Assembly (NCBI GenBank): GCA_017478855.1 | Contig: JAFVCX010000137.1 | Coordinates: forward strand, 16,162 to 80,161 | Length of the DNA stretch: 64,000 nucleotides | Direction: 5' to 3' | Source: Muribaculaceae bacterium | Lineage (GTDB): Bacteria > Bacteroidota > Bacteroidia > Bacteroidales > Muribaculaceae | In this document: positions 54,284 through 62,174 of the stretch, one piece after another | How the letters are laid out: every line of letters starts with the position of its first letter | Numbering within the stretch: the stretch's first letter is position 1 | Translations under genes and position numbers: made by a program | The notes under the pieces: generated by a model | What the model was told of the DNA's origin: nothing | What the model saw: only the letters and a program-made list of their open reading frames with translations | The model's database searches: none

Positions 54284-54291
54284 TACTTTTG
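54284..54291 (+). promoter_or_regulatory. Candidate -7 promoter box (TACTTTTG)
   Basis: Matches TAnnTTTG, 49 nt upstream of the ATG at 54340. Confidence 0.45.
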
Positions 54292-54339
54292 CTAAAATCA
54301 AACATCTTATTAAGAATTATTTATCAAAAATTTGTTGCT

Positions 54340-55086
54340 ATGAAGAAACAATTACTCCTTCTCTCGGCCGCTCTGCTGAGCATCAGCGCATGGAGCCAAG
54401 CCACCGTCACTCTGCCCTATGAGGCCAACCTGAACAATGCCGATGAAGCGGCACAATGGACGATCGTCGACGCTAACAACGACGGTAAAACATGGACTTA
54501 TGGCAGCGGTGAATTTGCCTATACATCATTCAACAGCGCCAACGACTATCTGTTTACACCCGCCTTTGCCACTGTGGCAGGCAGCCACGCGCTCACCTAC
54601 ACGGTCAAAGGATATAACGGACGTTACAGCGACGCTTATGAGGTGATACTGGCCAACTCGACCGACGTGGCCAACGCTACTGTGCTGCAAGTGATTGAAA
54701 CCACCGCTCAAAATGGTGTGGGCGCGGCAATGTATAAAGAGAAAACTGTTGATTTTGAAGTGCCCGCGCGCGGCACCTACTACATTGGCTACCACGACGT
54801 GACCACCGACGCTTGGGGACTGTATATCGGTTCGACCAAGATTGTTTCGAATGTGGCCACCGGCCTTCGCAACATTGAAGCTCCTCGCGCAGCCTTCAAC
54901 CGCTCGTCGCAAGCCATTGAGGTTCCCGGTAAAGCTCGCGTCACTGTGGCCACCCTCGGCGGCATCATCGTGGCCGGCTCAACGGTGGAACAAGCCCTTA
55001 GCGTGGCTCATCTTCCCAATGGCGCTTATGTGGCACTGGTGAAGCGTGCCGACGGTGGCGTGGACCGCATTAAGTTCATCAAGTAA
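54340..55086 (+). CDS. Small T9SS cargo: cleaved-adhesin / choice-of-anchor-J-like beta-sandwich domain + T9SS C-terminal sorting domain
   Basis: Has a signal peptide (MKKQLLLLSAALLSISAWSQ) and the QWTIVDANNDGKTWTYG motif. The C-terminus VTVATLGGIIVAGS..LSVAHLPNGAYVALVKRADGGVDRIKFIK is CTD-like. Confidence 0.7.
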   Translation: MKKQLLLLSAALLSISAWSQATVTLPYEANLNNADEAAQWTIVDANNDGKTWTYGSGEFAYTSFNSANDYLFTPAFATVAGSHALTYTVKGYNGRYSDAYEVILANSTDVANATVLQVIETTAQNGVGAAMYKEKTVDFEVPARGTYYIGYHDVTTDAWGLYIGSTKIVSNVATGLRNIEAPRAAFNRSSQAIEVPGKARVTVATLGGIIVAGSTVEQALSVAHLPNGAYVALVKRADGGVDRIKFIK

Positions 55087-55109
55087 TTTAGCACATAAAA
55101 TCACACCGC

Positions 55110-57380
55110 ATGAAGAAAACTTTGTTAACCTCATGCGCCATCGTTGTGGCAATCCTTGCTACCGCGGGATTGCCACAAATGGTGGTACGCAACAAGCAGC
55201 AGGCACCCCAAGTGCCACAACCGGAGGTGACGCTTGCGAGCAAAACGCATCGTGCCGCGCCGGCGCACGTCAGGCTCACTGCCGACCAACCGTTGCAAGC
55301 CGCGTTCAGCGTGCAAGGAGCCGAATCGCAGAAAGCCGTTTGGCAAGTAAACTTCGACGAAGGTGCCGCGGGCTGGACTTTGGGACGCGATGCCAACGAT
55401 TACTTTGGCTGGGAACTCAAAAAATCGAGCGGCACCCAAGCCTTTGGCCTCATCGACGAGAACGACGTGCAGTCGCTCTTCATAGAAGGGCCTTATCAAA
55501 TCTACAGAAGAAGCATTGCCCGCGCCACCGGTCCCGCCATTGACGTGCCTCAAAATGGCGTGCTGCATGCCTACATCGGTTATAGCCAGAACATGAACAC
55601 CTATGCTGTGCTCTCGATTGAAGCATCGACCGACGGTTTTGAGAACAGTGTGGAATTGTGGAACAGCACTCTTGAAACGGGCGAAACGGCATGGCGATGG
55701 CACAAGATTGAGGTGGGCCTCAATGATTACGCCGGCAAGAAAGTGGCTTTTCGCTTCACTTACGGACCGGGCACCAGCGATAATGTGTTCCGCACGGGTG
55801 GCTATATGGCCGATTATTACATTGACGGCCTGCAGGTGACCGGTGTGAGCAGTGTGGATCACATTGATGTAGCCACGGGTGAGCCGGTGAACTTTGTGGA
55901 TCTCTCTACCGGCGATGTGACACAATGGGAATGGCAGTTTGAGGGCGGCACACCCGCAACCTCGACCGAGGCCGCGCCCACCGTCGTCTATAAAAATGAT
56001 GGAGCCTACAGCGTGAGCCTGACTGTTACCGACGCACAGGGCACGACAAGCAGCGTGACGCGTGAGCGGTTTGTGAACGTGACCGGCACGGCCCCTGTGG
56101 CTCGCATCATGCCTCCGGCCACCTTCCGCTACGACGACACCCATCTGCCCATGGTGTGTCCCCTCGTGCCTGTGCAGTATCGTGATGCATCGAGTAGTTT
56201 CCCCACTCAGTGGCAATGGAATTTCACCGGCACCACGCCGGCCGCATCCGCACAAGAGAATCCTCTTGTAGCCTATGATTTCATGCACGAGCAAAGCGTG
56301 ACCCTGCAAGTGGCCAACGAACATGGTTCGAGCAGTGACGCACTGGCGGTATCGGCCGAATATGAAGGTTACATCAGCAATTTGCTCAGCAGCGACTATC
56401 CCATCACCCGCAGCCTCGATGGCGAGGGCACCTTCCCGGGCAGCAATCGCATGCGCATTAATGCCTATGCCGAGCGTTTCTCGGCTCCGTCGCGCCCCAT
56501 CTTGGTGTATGGCGCGCTGGTGTTTTTTGAAACCGCCACGGCCGAGGCTCTTACCGACCAGATAGCCAATGTGGGTGTGCATCTGTGCAAGAGCGAAGAC
56601 GGCAAACCCGGCAAGCAGCTCGACTCGATGTGGTGGCGCGTGTTTGAGCTGGCCACCAGCACCAGCACCACCCTGCGTGGCACGCTGTTTGAGTTCACTC
56701 CGCAAGTGGTGGATGAGGAATTCTTTATTATGGTGGACGGTATTCCGGAGTGGAACGACTCGTGCAATGTGTCGTTTGCCATGGCCAGCCTGCGCGACCA
56801 CGACAACACGGCTTACATCAAGTTGCGCGACCAGTGGCGACCCGTGACCGGCTTCTTCGACCGCGACAAGAGCCAAACCTCGTTCTACATTATGCCGCTC
56901 ATCGCGCACTCGGTCATCACATTCTTGCCCACCAGTACACAAGAGGTGCGTGTGCCCGCACAAGGAGGAAGCATAGACCAACAATTATTTGCCCTCTTTG
57001 GCTATAATACGCCCGAAGTTGACGCCGACTGGTGTCGCATCACCAGCACGCCCAATGAGCTGACGCTCGACACACTGAAAATAGAGTGTGACGCGCTGCC
57101 GGCAGGCACTTCCAGCCGTGTGGCCACCATTACCGTGACCGACCGCATCAATGCCTCGACGGCCACGCTGCGCATCGTGCAGAGTGCCGGTCTTGCGGGC
57201 GACGTGAATGGCGATGGTGAGGTGGATGTGAACGATGTGAACATTCTCATCAACATCATTTTGGGCACCGATGACGCTGAAAAATATGATGGCCGTGCCG
57301 ACGTGAACGGTAGTGGCGGCATCGATGTGAGTGACGTAAATGCTCTGCTCAACATTATCTTGGGCAAGGCCGACAATTAG
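55110..57380 (+). CDS. Secreted multidomain protein: N-terminal adhesin/MAM-like domain, PKD-like repeats, BACON-like domain, C-terminal dockerin-like module
   Basis: The PKD-like block is VNFVDLSTGDVTQWEWQFEGGTPATS..YSVSLTVTDAQGTTSS. The BACON-like block is DADWCRITSTPNELTLDTLKIECDALPAGTSSRVATITVTD. The dockerin-like module is at the end. Only 23 nt separate it from the upstream gene. Confidence 0.75.
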   Translation: MKKTLLTSCAIVVAILATAGLPQMVVRNKQQAPQVPQPEVTLASKTHRAAPAHVRLTADQPLQAAFSVQGAESQKAVWQVNFDEGAAGWTLGRDANDYFGWELKKSSGTQAFGLIDENDVQSLFIEGPYQIYRRSIARATGPAIDVPQNGVLHAYIGYSQNMNTYAVLSIEASTDGFENSVELWNSTLETGETAWRWHKIEVGLNDYAGKKVAFRFTYGPGTSDNVFRTGGYMADYYIDGLQVTGVSSVDHIDVATGEPVNFVDLSTGDVTQWEWQFEGGTPATSTEAAPTVVYKNDGAYSVSLTVTDAQGTTSSVTRERFVNVTGTAPVARIMPPATFRYDDTHLPMVCPLVPVQYRDASSSFPTQWQWNFTGTTPAASAQENPLVAYDFMHEQSVTLQVANEHGSSSDALAVSAEYEGYISNLLSSDYPITRSLDGEGTFPGSNRMRINAYAERFSAPSRPILVYGALVFFETATAEALTDQIANVGVHLCKSEDGKPGKQLDSMWWRVFELATSTSTTLRGTLFEFTPQVVDEEFFIMVDGIPEWNDSCNVSFAMASLRDHDNTAYIKLRDQWRPVTGFFDRDKSQTSFYIMPLIAHSVITFLPTSTQEVRVPAQGGSIDQQLFALFGYNTPEVDADWCRITSTPNELTLDTLKIECDALPAGTSSRVATITVTDRINASTATLRIVQSAGLAGDVNGDGEVDVNDVNILINIILGTDDAEKYDGRADVNGSGGIDVSDVNALLNIILGKADN
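57198..57377 (+). other. Type I dockerin-like module
   Basis: Sequence is GDVNGDGEVDVNDVNILINIILGTDDAEKYDGRADVNGSGGIDVSDVNALLNIILGKADN. Confidence 0.75.
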
Positions 57381-57419
57381 CACGCATCACGACTTCTGAA
57401 AGATGTCGTGAAGACAGAA

Positions 57420-57460
57420 AAAGAGGGTGTGCCAAAAAAAGCTTTTGACACACCCTCTTT
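57420..57460. terminator. Bidirectional terminator between the convergent dockerin-protein genes
   Basis: A perfect 12-bp stem AAAGAGGGTGTG / CACACCCTCTTT with an inner CAAAA/TTTTG extension, flanked by A/T runs. Confidence 0.7.
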
Positions 57461-57510
57461 AATAAATAATAGGTTAAAGGTGTTTTATTGTGAGCCGCGT
57501 GAGGCCAGCT

Positions 57511-59379
57511 TCACTTGCCGAGGACGAGGTTGATGAGCGTGTTCACATCGTTCACATCCACCTCACCGTTGCCGTCCACGTTGGCGCGTCCGCCATAGTT
57601 GCTGGCCTCGTTTTTGCCAAGTACGATATTAATAATGGTGTTCACGTCGTTCACATCCACCTCACCATCGCCGGTCACGTCGCCCACTTTAGGCTTGTTG
57701 CCGCTTGTGTTTTTCACTTGGAACGGCAATTTGAAGGCCGACAGGAAGATGGCCCACTCGCGCGTTTCGATGGAAGCGTCACTATTGATGGGTTTAAGCA
57801 AGAATGTGCCCACGCTGCGTCCGCGCGACATCGTGTAGATTACATCGCCTTGCGCGATGAATTCTTGCGAGGTGGACTGGCCGCCGCTACTGATGAGGCT
57901 GCAAAAGTCGGTGCTCTCAAGCGTCATGGCATCATGCTCCACCAGAATCACGCCATAGCTCTCATAGGTGGACATATTGGCCGCAAAGGTGTAGCCATAG
58001 GTATAGAATTTTGTGCCTTCTTCGTTCTCAAAGCCGCCGAAGTAGCCGGTGATGCCATTAAGTGACTCCACGACACCGCTCTTGCTGAAGGTGGCGTTTA
58101 GCCATTGGCCTGTGGCGGCATCGCACTTAATCACATAGCCCTCCCGCATGTTTCCTGTGACAGTGGCAATCGTTTGTGAGCTGTCGGCACTGCTCAGCAT
58201 GCCATTGCCCATGCCTGTGAGCCACATCACGTCGCCCACCACGTTCACATGGTTGTTTTGCCACACACAATCACGACCTTGCACTTTGTCGCCCTTGAAA
58301 AGCTGCACCCATTTGACGTTGAGCTCGGTGTCGATGCGAGCCGTCAGCATGCTGGATTGACGATTGGTGAGAGTGATGTCGAGGCCTCCCAAATGGATGA
58401 CACTTTCCTCGTCCGTGGCACCTTTAACCATACCGTTCAAGACGAAGTCGTCGCCCGCCTTTGCCAATACGAAAGAACTTTCGCAATAGGCCGTGCCGGT
58501 GGTGGTGAGCATGCGCACGAGTTGGCCTTGGGCATTGAATTTTGCGACAAACATATCGCCCCTCGATGTTTGCGAGTCGCCGTCCCATCCCTCGGTGTTG
58601 TGCGGAGTGAGGGTGATCGCAGTGCCATCGGCCTGCGTCAGAGTGATGGGATTTACATAGCGCCCCGACACATAGAAGTTACCCTCGCTGTCGCCTTCCA
58701 TGCCGCTGATGTAGAAAGCTATGCTGGTGAAATCGGCATTGCCGGACTTGGCGTTGGGTTGTGGTGCGTGGCTCACTTCGAGCAGGCGAGTCCACTCGAT
58801 GGCGCCATTGGCACTCACCTTCATGAGCAGACCTTGAACCCACCGCTTGTCGTCTTGGTCGTTGAGCTTCCAGTCGATGACCGTTTCGTGGCCGGTGGCA
58901 TCAATGAAGCGCAGCGGCTCGGTGCGCATGTTGTCGGTGTGACGAACGGCCACCGACACATACACGCCTCCATCGGGAGCAGGAACCACACCGCCATTGT
59001 TCGACATGGCTTCGCCGCTGGTGGAGTAGACCGTCCACTTGAATGAGCCGTCGAGGCCGGTCTTGAGCAAGTTGAAGTTGTTGTTGTAGGAGGCTCCCTC
59101 GTAGGGTGCTCCCTCGGCCACTTTCACACCATCGTAGTAGATTGACTTGGTGGGGTCGGAATATTCTTTTGGAAAGCCCGAATTTCCGGAACCGATGGTG
59201 CTGCCGGTGGTGGACAGGTAATACAAGCTGCCGTCGGCCACGGTCATGGTGATGCCCATGTCGGGGGGAGCCGCATCAAGGAGTTTGCACCACTGGGTGG
59301 TGGTGCTGCTCACGCTTTGTGCCTGCGCGATGATGGCTGCGAGGCCAAGAAGTGACAAAATGATGGTCTTTTTCATCAT
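57511..59379 (-). CDS. Secreted SBBP-type beta-propeller repeat protein with a C-terminal dockerin-like module
   Basis: Start at MMKKTIILSLLGLAAIIAQAQ. Contains repeated GN.YV.G / D.FVAKF..G...W blocks. The dockerin-like module is at the C-terminus. Confidence 0.7.
   Translation of the reverse strand: MMKKTIILSLLGLAAIIAQAQSVSSTTTQWCKLLDAAPPDMGITMTVADGSLYYLSTTGSTIGSGNSGFPKEYSDPTKSIYYDGVKVAEGAPYEGASYNNNFNLLKTGLDGSFKWTVYSTSGEAMSNNGGVVPAPDGGVYVSVAVRHTDNMRTEPLRFIDATGHETVIDWKLNDQDDKRWVQGLLMKVSANGAIEWTRLLEVSHAPQPNAKSGNADFTSIAFYISGMEGDSEGNFYVSGRYVNPITLTQADGTAITLTPHNTEGWDGDSQTSRGDMFVAKFNAQGQLVRMLTTTGTAYCESSFVLAKAGDDFVLNGMVKGATDEESVIHLGGLDITLTNRQSSMLTARIDTELNVKWVQLFKGDKVQGRDCVWQNNHVNVVGDVMWLTGMGNGMLSSADSSQTIATVTGNMREGYVIKCDAATGQWLNATFSKSGVVESLNGITGYFGGFENEEGTKFYTYGYTFAANMSTYESYGVILVEHDAMTLESTDFCSLISSGGQSTSQEFIAQGDVIYTMSRGRSVGTFLLKPINSDASIETREWAIFLSAFKLPFQVKNTSGNKPKVGDVTGDGEVDVNDVNTIINIVLGKNEASNYGGRANVDGNGEVDVNDVNTLINLVLGK
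57514..57684 (-). other. Type I dockerin-like module
   Basis: Sequence is GDVTGDGEVDVNDVNTIINIVLGKNEASNYGGRANVDGNGEVDVNDVNTLINLVLGK. Confidence 0.75.
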
Positions 59380-59460
59380 GAAAATGTTTTTTCTGCGTTT
59401 TGAGGTCGCAAAGGTACTGAAAAATGGCCGGTTGGCCAAATGTTGCGCCCGTCCGATGGA

Positions 59461-61563
59461 CTATGGGTACAACGGAATGATGAGGCGGCAAGTGATGTTG
59501 CGCCCCGGATTGTAGATACCCTGATGCCCTGTGACCACATTGACGTCGGTGTACTTCAGCCGGCTCAAATGGCTTTGGTAGGCTTTGTTGAGCAGGTTGT
59601 CGGCCACAAGGTAGACTTCGGCCACCTTGCGTTTGCCGTGGTGAATCCCCGTGCCGCAAGCAAGATTGAGCAGCGCGTAGGCCGGCGTGGACGTTTCGGT
59701 GGCATCGGCACGGTAATAGTGGTGCTGGGCGAAATTGCACTCCACTCCGACCGACACGTAAGTTTCCTTTAATGAGGCAATTTTATGGGCAATGTCGTAA
59801 CGCAACGTGGAGTTCCAACGAGGTGCCGGAGTGAAAGGCAGATACTTGGTGTCGCGCGGCTGGTGAAGCTGCACGGCATTCACCATGCTCAAAGTGTTCT
59901 CAAAGTGAACGTTGGTGACGGGATGCAGGTCTACGCCGGCTTCAAAACCTATGAGCCGGGCTTCACCCTGACGATATTGGTAGGTGAGATAACCTTCTTC
60001 CATCACGAGAGGAATGCGGGCGGCAAAAACGTAGTGGTTGATCCGGTTGGCAAACAATGCCAGCTGAGCCGAAATGAATTTGGATGAAAAATCCACCCCC
60101 AAGTCGGCCTGAAGACTATATTCGGCTTTGAGCTGCTGATTGCCCAGCTCATAGCGCACCGTGCCCTCGTGCACGCCGTTGGAGGCCAGCTCGCTCACGT
60201 TGGGCGCGCGAAATCCGCGAGCCACATTCAGGCGAATGTTGGTGGTGGGCGACACGTTCCACACGGCTCCCAAACCTGCCGTCACGGCGTTGAAGTTACG
60301 GGCGAAGTCGTTGAAGCGCATGTCCCCGTCGTCCATCAGGGCTTCGCTGTGCAAGCGCCTGTGGTCGAAACGCAGTCCACCATTGACCGTCACATTGCCC
60401 ATCAGCTTGCTCACGGCGGCATAAAGGCCCACATCGTTAAGACGATAGGCGGGAATGAGAAATTCTTCGCCCTCATTGCACGAACGCTGCCACATGCCGC
60501 CCAAACCGGCGGTAACTTTCCAATCGCCGGGCAGGTTGTCTGTGAGGTAACGAATGTCGTAGGTGAGGGTGTGTAGCTTGAAGTACAGGCCATATTCATG
60601 AGCCGACTCTTCATATTCTTGCCGGCGGTTTTGCTGATATCCCACAGTGGTTTTGAGTGAGCCAAGCCCGAGCTGCCAAGTGTTGTCGAGCACAGCTTTG
60701 TAATGCTTCACTCGCTGGAAGGGCAGCGTCTTGCTATAGGAGGTGTGGTGTGGCGTGCTCCACTCCAGCTGCCCGGTGGTGGCATCACGTTCGCCCTCGG
60801 CAATGCTGGGCGTGAGGTGCAAGGCACTCAACGTGAGGTGGGTGGTAACCGACTGTGAGTGGTGTCCCAGCATGAGGCGGCCGGCTTGTTCGTGAAATTG
60901 AGTGCCCGGAACATAACCGTCGTGTGGCGCGCGGTAGGCATGCGCCATTTTGCCGCTATAACGGGCATCCCACACAAAACCATGCTGATTGCCCGCACCA
61001 TTGAGCGAATAATCCCACAGACCGCTGTTGCTCTGATAGGCGGTGCTGACCTGGCCGCGAACTTCTCCCTCGGCCGGAATGGGATTGCTGTGCATGATCA
61101 GCACGCCGGCCATCGCGTCCGAGCCATAAAGCAGGCTGGTGGGGCCTTTGATGACTTCGACCGAGCCAACATTGTGGGCATCAATTTCAATGCCGTGTTC
61201 ATCGCCCCATTGCTGGCCTTCCTGCCTCACTCCGTCGGCCACCACCACAATGCGATTGTAGCCCAGCCCGCGAATGATGGGTTTTGAAATGCCGCTGCCG
61301 GTGGTGATTTGGCTCACGCCCGGCAAATGCGCCACGGCATCAATCAGGTTGGGAGCCGAGCTGGCTTTCAAGTCGCGAGCCGTCACAAAAGAGATGGGTG
61401 AAGTGGAGTTTTTGAGTTTGGTTTCGCCTGTGAGGCCGGTAACGACCAGCTCATTGAGCCGCACATGGTTCATATAATGGTCGGCAGTGTCGGCCACGCT
61501 TTGTGTTCTCGCCGGCAAAGCGCAAAGCCATAGCGAGAGCACAATGAAATATAGTTGTTTCAT
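59461..61563 (-). CDS. TonB-dependent receptor
   Basis: Has a signal peptide. The plug block is IIRGLGYNRIVVVADGVRQEGQQWGDEHGIEID..VEVIKGPTSLLYGSDAMAGV. It has a long barrel. Confidence 0.85.
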   Translation of the reverse strand: MKQLYFIVLSLWLCALPARTQSVADTADHYMNHVRLNELVVTGLTGETKLKNSTSPISFVTARDLKASSAPNLIDAVAHLPGVSQITTGSGISKPIIRGLGYNRIVVVADGVRQEGQQWGDEHGIEIDAHNVGSVEVIKGPTSLLYGSDAMAGVLIMHSNPIPAEGEVRGQVSTAYQSNSGLWDYSLNGAGNQHGFVWDARYSGKMAHAYRAPHDGYVPGTQFHEQAGRLMLGHHSQSVTTHLTLSALHLTPSIAEGERDATTGQLEWSTPHHTSYSKTLPFQRVKHYKAVLDNTWQLGLGSLKTTVGYQQNRRQEYEESAHEYGLYFKLHTLTYDIRYLTDNLPGDWKVTAGLGGMWQRSCNEGEEFLIPAYRLNDVGLYAAVSKLMGNVTVNGGLRFDHRRLHSEALMDDGDMRFNDFARNFNAVTAGLGAVWNVSPTTNIRLNVARGFRAPNVSELASNGVHEGTVRYELGNQQLKAEYSLQADLGVDFSSKFISAQLALFANRINHYVFAARIPLVMEEGYLTYQYRQGEARLIGFEAGVDLHPVTNVHFENTLSMVNAVQLHQPRDTKYLPFTPAPRWNSTLRYDIAHKIASLKETYVSVGVECNFAQHHYYRADATETSTPAYALLNLACGTGIHHGKRKVAEVYLVADNLLNKAYQSHLSRLKYTDVNVVTGHQGIYNPGRNITCRLIIPLYP

Positions 61564-61622
61564 TGATAACTGATTTTAATTGTGAATAGAATGTGTTTGG
61601 GTTAAGTTTTTTCGCAATCAAA

Positions 61623-61964
61623 TCAGCTTTGAGGCGGGCCGCGCGTGGCGATGGCATGCAGATGGCAAGAGCTGCCGCTTGCATGATAAGGTGTGTATAA
61701 AGATAAAATTTGTGGAGCGCATGCAGCGAGCTTAAAGCCCTCGGCGGCCACATATTGGTTGCCGGCGAAACTGCACAGCACACAGTCGTCAAGATGAACC
61801 TGCAAAGTGGTGATGTGGCCCGAATGGCAGGTGTGGGTCACGCAGTCGTTGCAATGCACGTTTGTGACCTCGACTATGGGGTGAACGTGCAGTGCCGACA
61901 GACCTATCATCGGCACAAATACCGACAACAGAACCCATGCGGCTATTTTTTCGAGTCTAACCAT
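61623..61964 (-). CDS. Small membrane-anchored Cys/His-rich protein (putative metal-binding partner of the downstream TonB receptor)
   Basis: Has an N-terminal anchor (IAAWVLLSVFVPMIGLSAL) followed by HVHPIVEVTNVHCNDCVTHTCHSGHITTLQVHLDDCVLCSF. The promoter box at 61984..61991 supports the start. Confidence 0.5.
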   Translation of the reverse strand: MVRLEKIAAWVLLSVFVPMIGLSALHVHPIVEVTNVHCNDCVTHTCHSGHITTLQVHLDDCVLCSFAGNQYVAAEGFKLAACAPQILSLYTPYHASGSSCHLHAIATRGPPQS

Positions 61965-61983
61965 TTTCTTCTCTCTGACGGCA

Positions 61984-61991
61984 CAAAGTTA
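61984..61991 (-). promoter_or_regulatory. Candidate -7 promoter box (TAACTTTG on the minus strand)
   Basis: The plus strand reads CAAAGTTA, 20 nt upstream of the ATG at 61964. Confidence 0.45.
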
Positions 61992-62065
61992 CGGAAAAAA
62001 ACGAGAGCAGGACAAAATGAATCCATTCATTTTTAATGCCGAACGCAAGTGTAACTTCGTGACTT

Positions 62066-62090
62066 TTGCCGCAACGTTGCGGCAATTTTT
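62066..62090. terminator. Perfect 20-nt palindrome TTGCCGCAACGTTGCGGCAA followed by T5
   Basis: Read directly from the sequence. It lies between the 62175 gene stop and the 61964 gene promoter. Confidence 0.45.
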
Positions 62091-62112
62091 GGCTGCGTGC
62101 GACTGAAGTGTC

Positions 62113-62146
62113 TAAAAAAGGCTCGCCGCACGAGCGAGCCTTTTTA
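62113..62146 (-). terminator. Rho-independent terminator after the 62175..64000 gene
   Basis: Stem AAAAAGGCTCGC / GCGAGCCTTTTT with a 7-nt loop. It has A/T runs on both sides. Confidence 0.7.
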
Positions 62147-62174
62147 TCTTCTGATTAATGGATGCCCTTGGGAT

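Noticed and set aside
55131-56984. A 617-aa minus-strand ORF antisense to the PKD/BACON/dockerin gene.
   Set aside because: It lies entirely inside a plus-strand gene with clear domains. The translation is Arg/His/Gly/Ala-rich with no motifs, as expected for antisense frames of GC-rich coding DNA. It has no promoter box or signal features.
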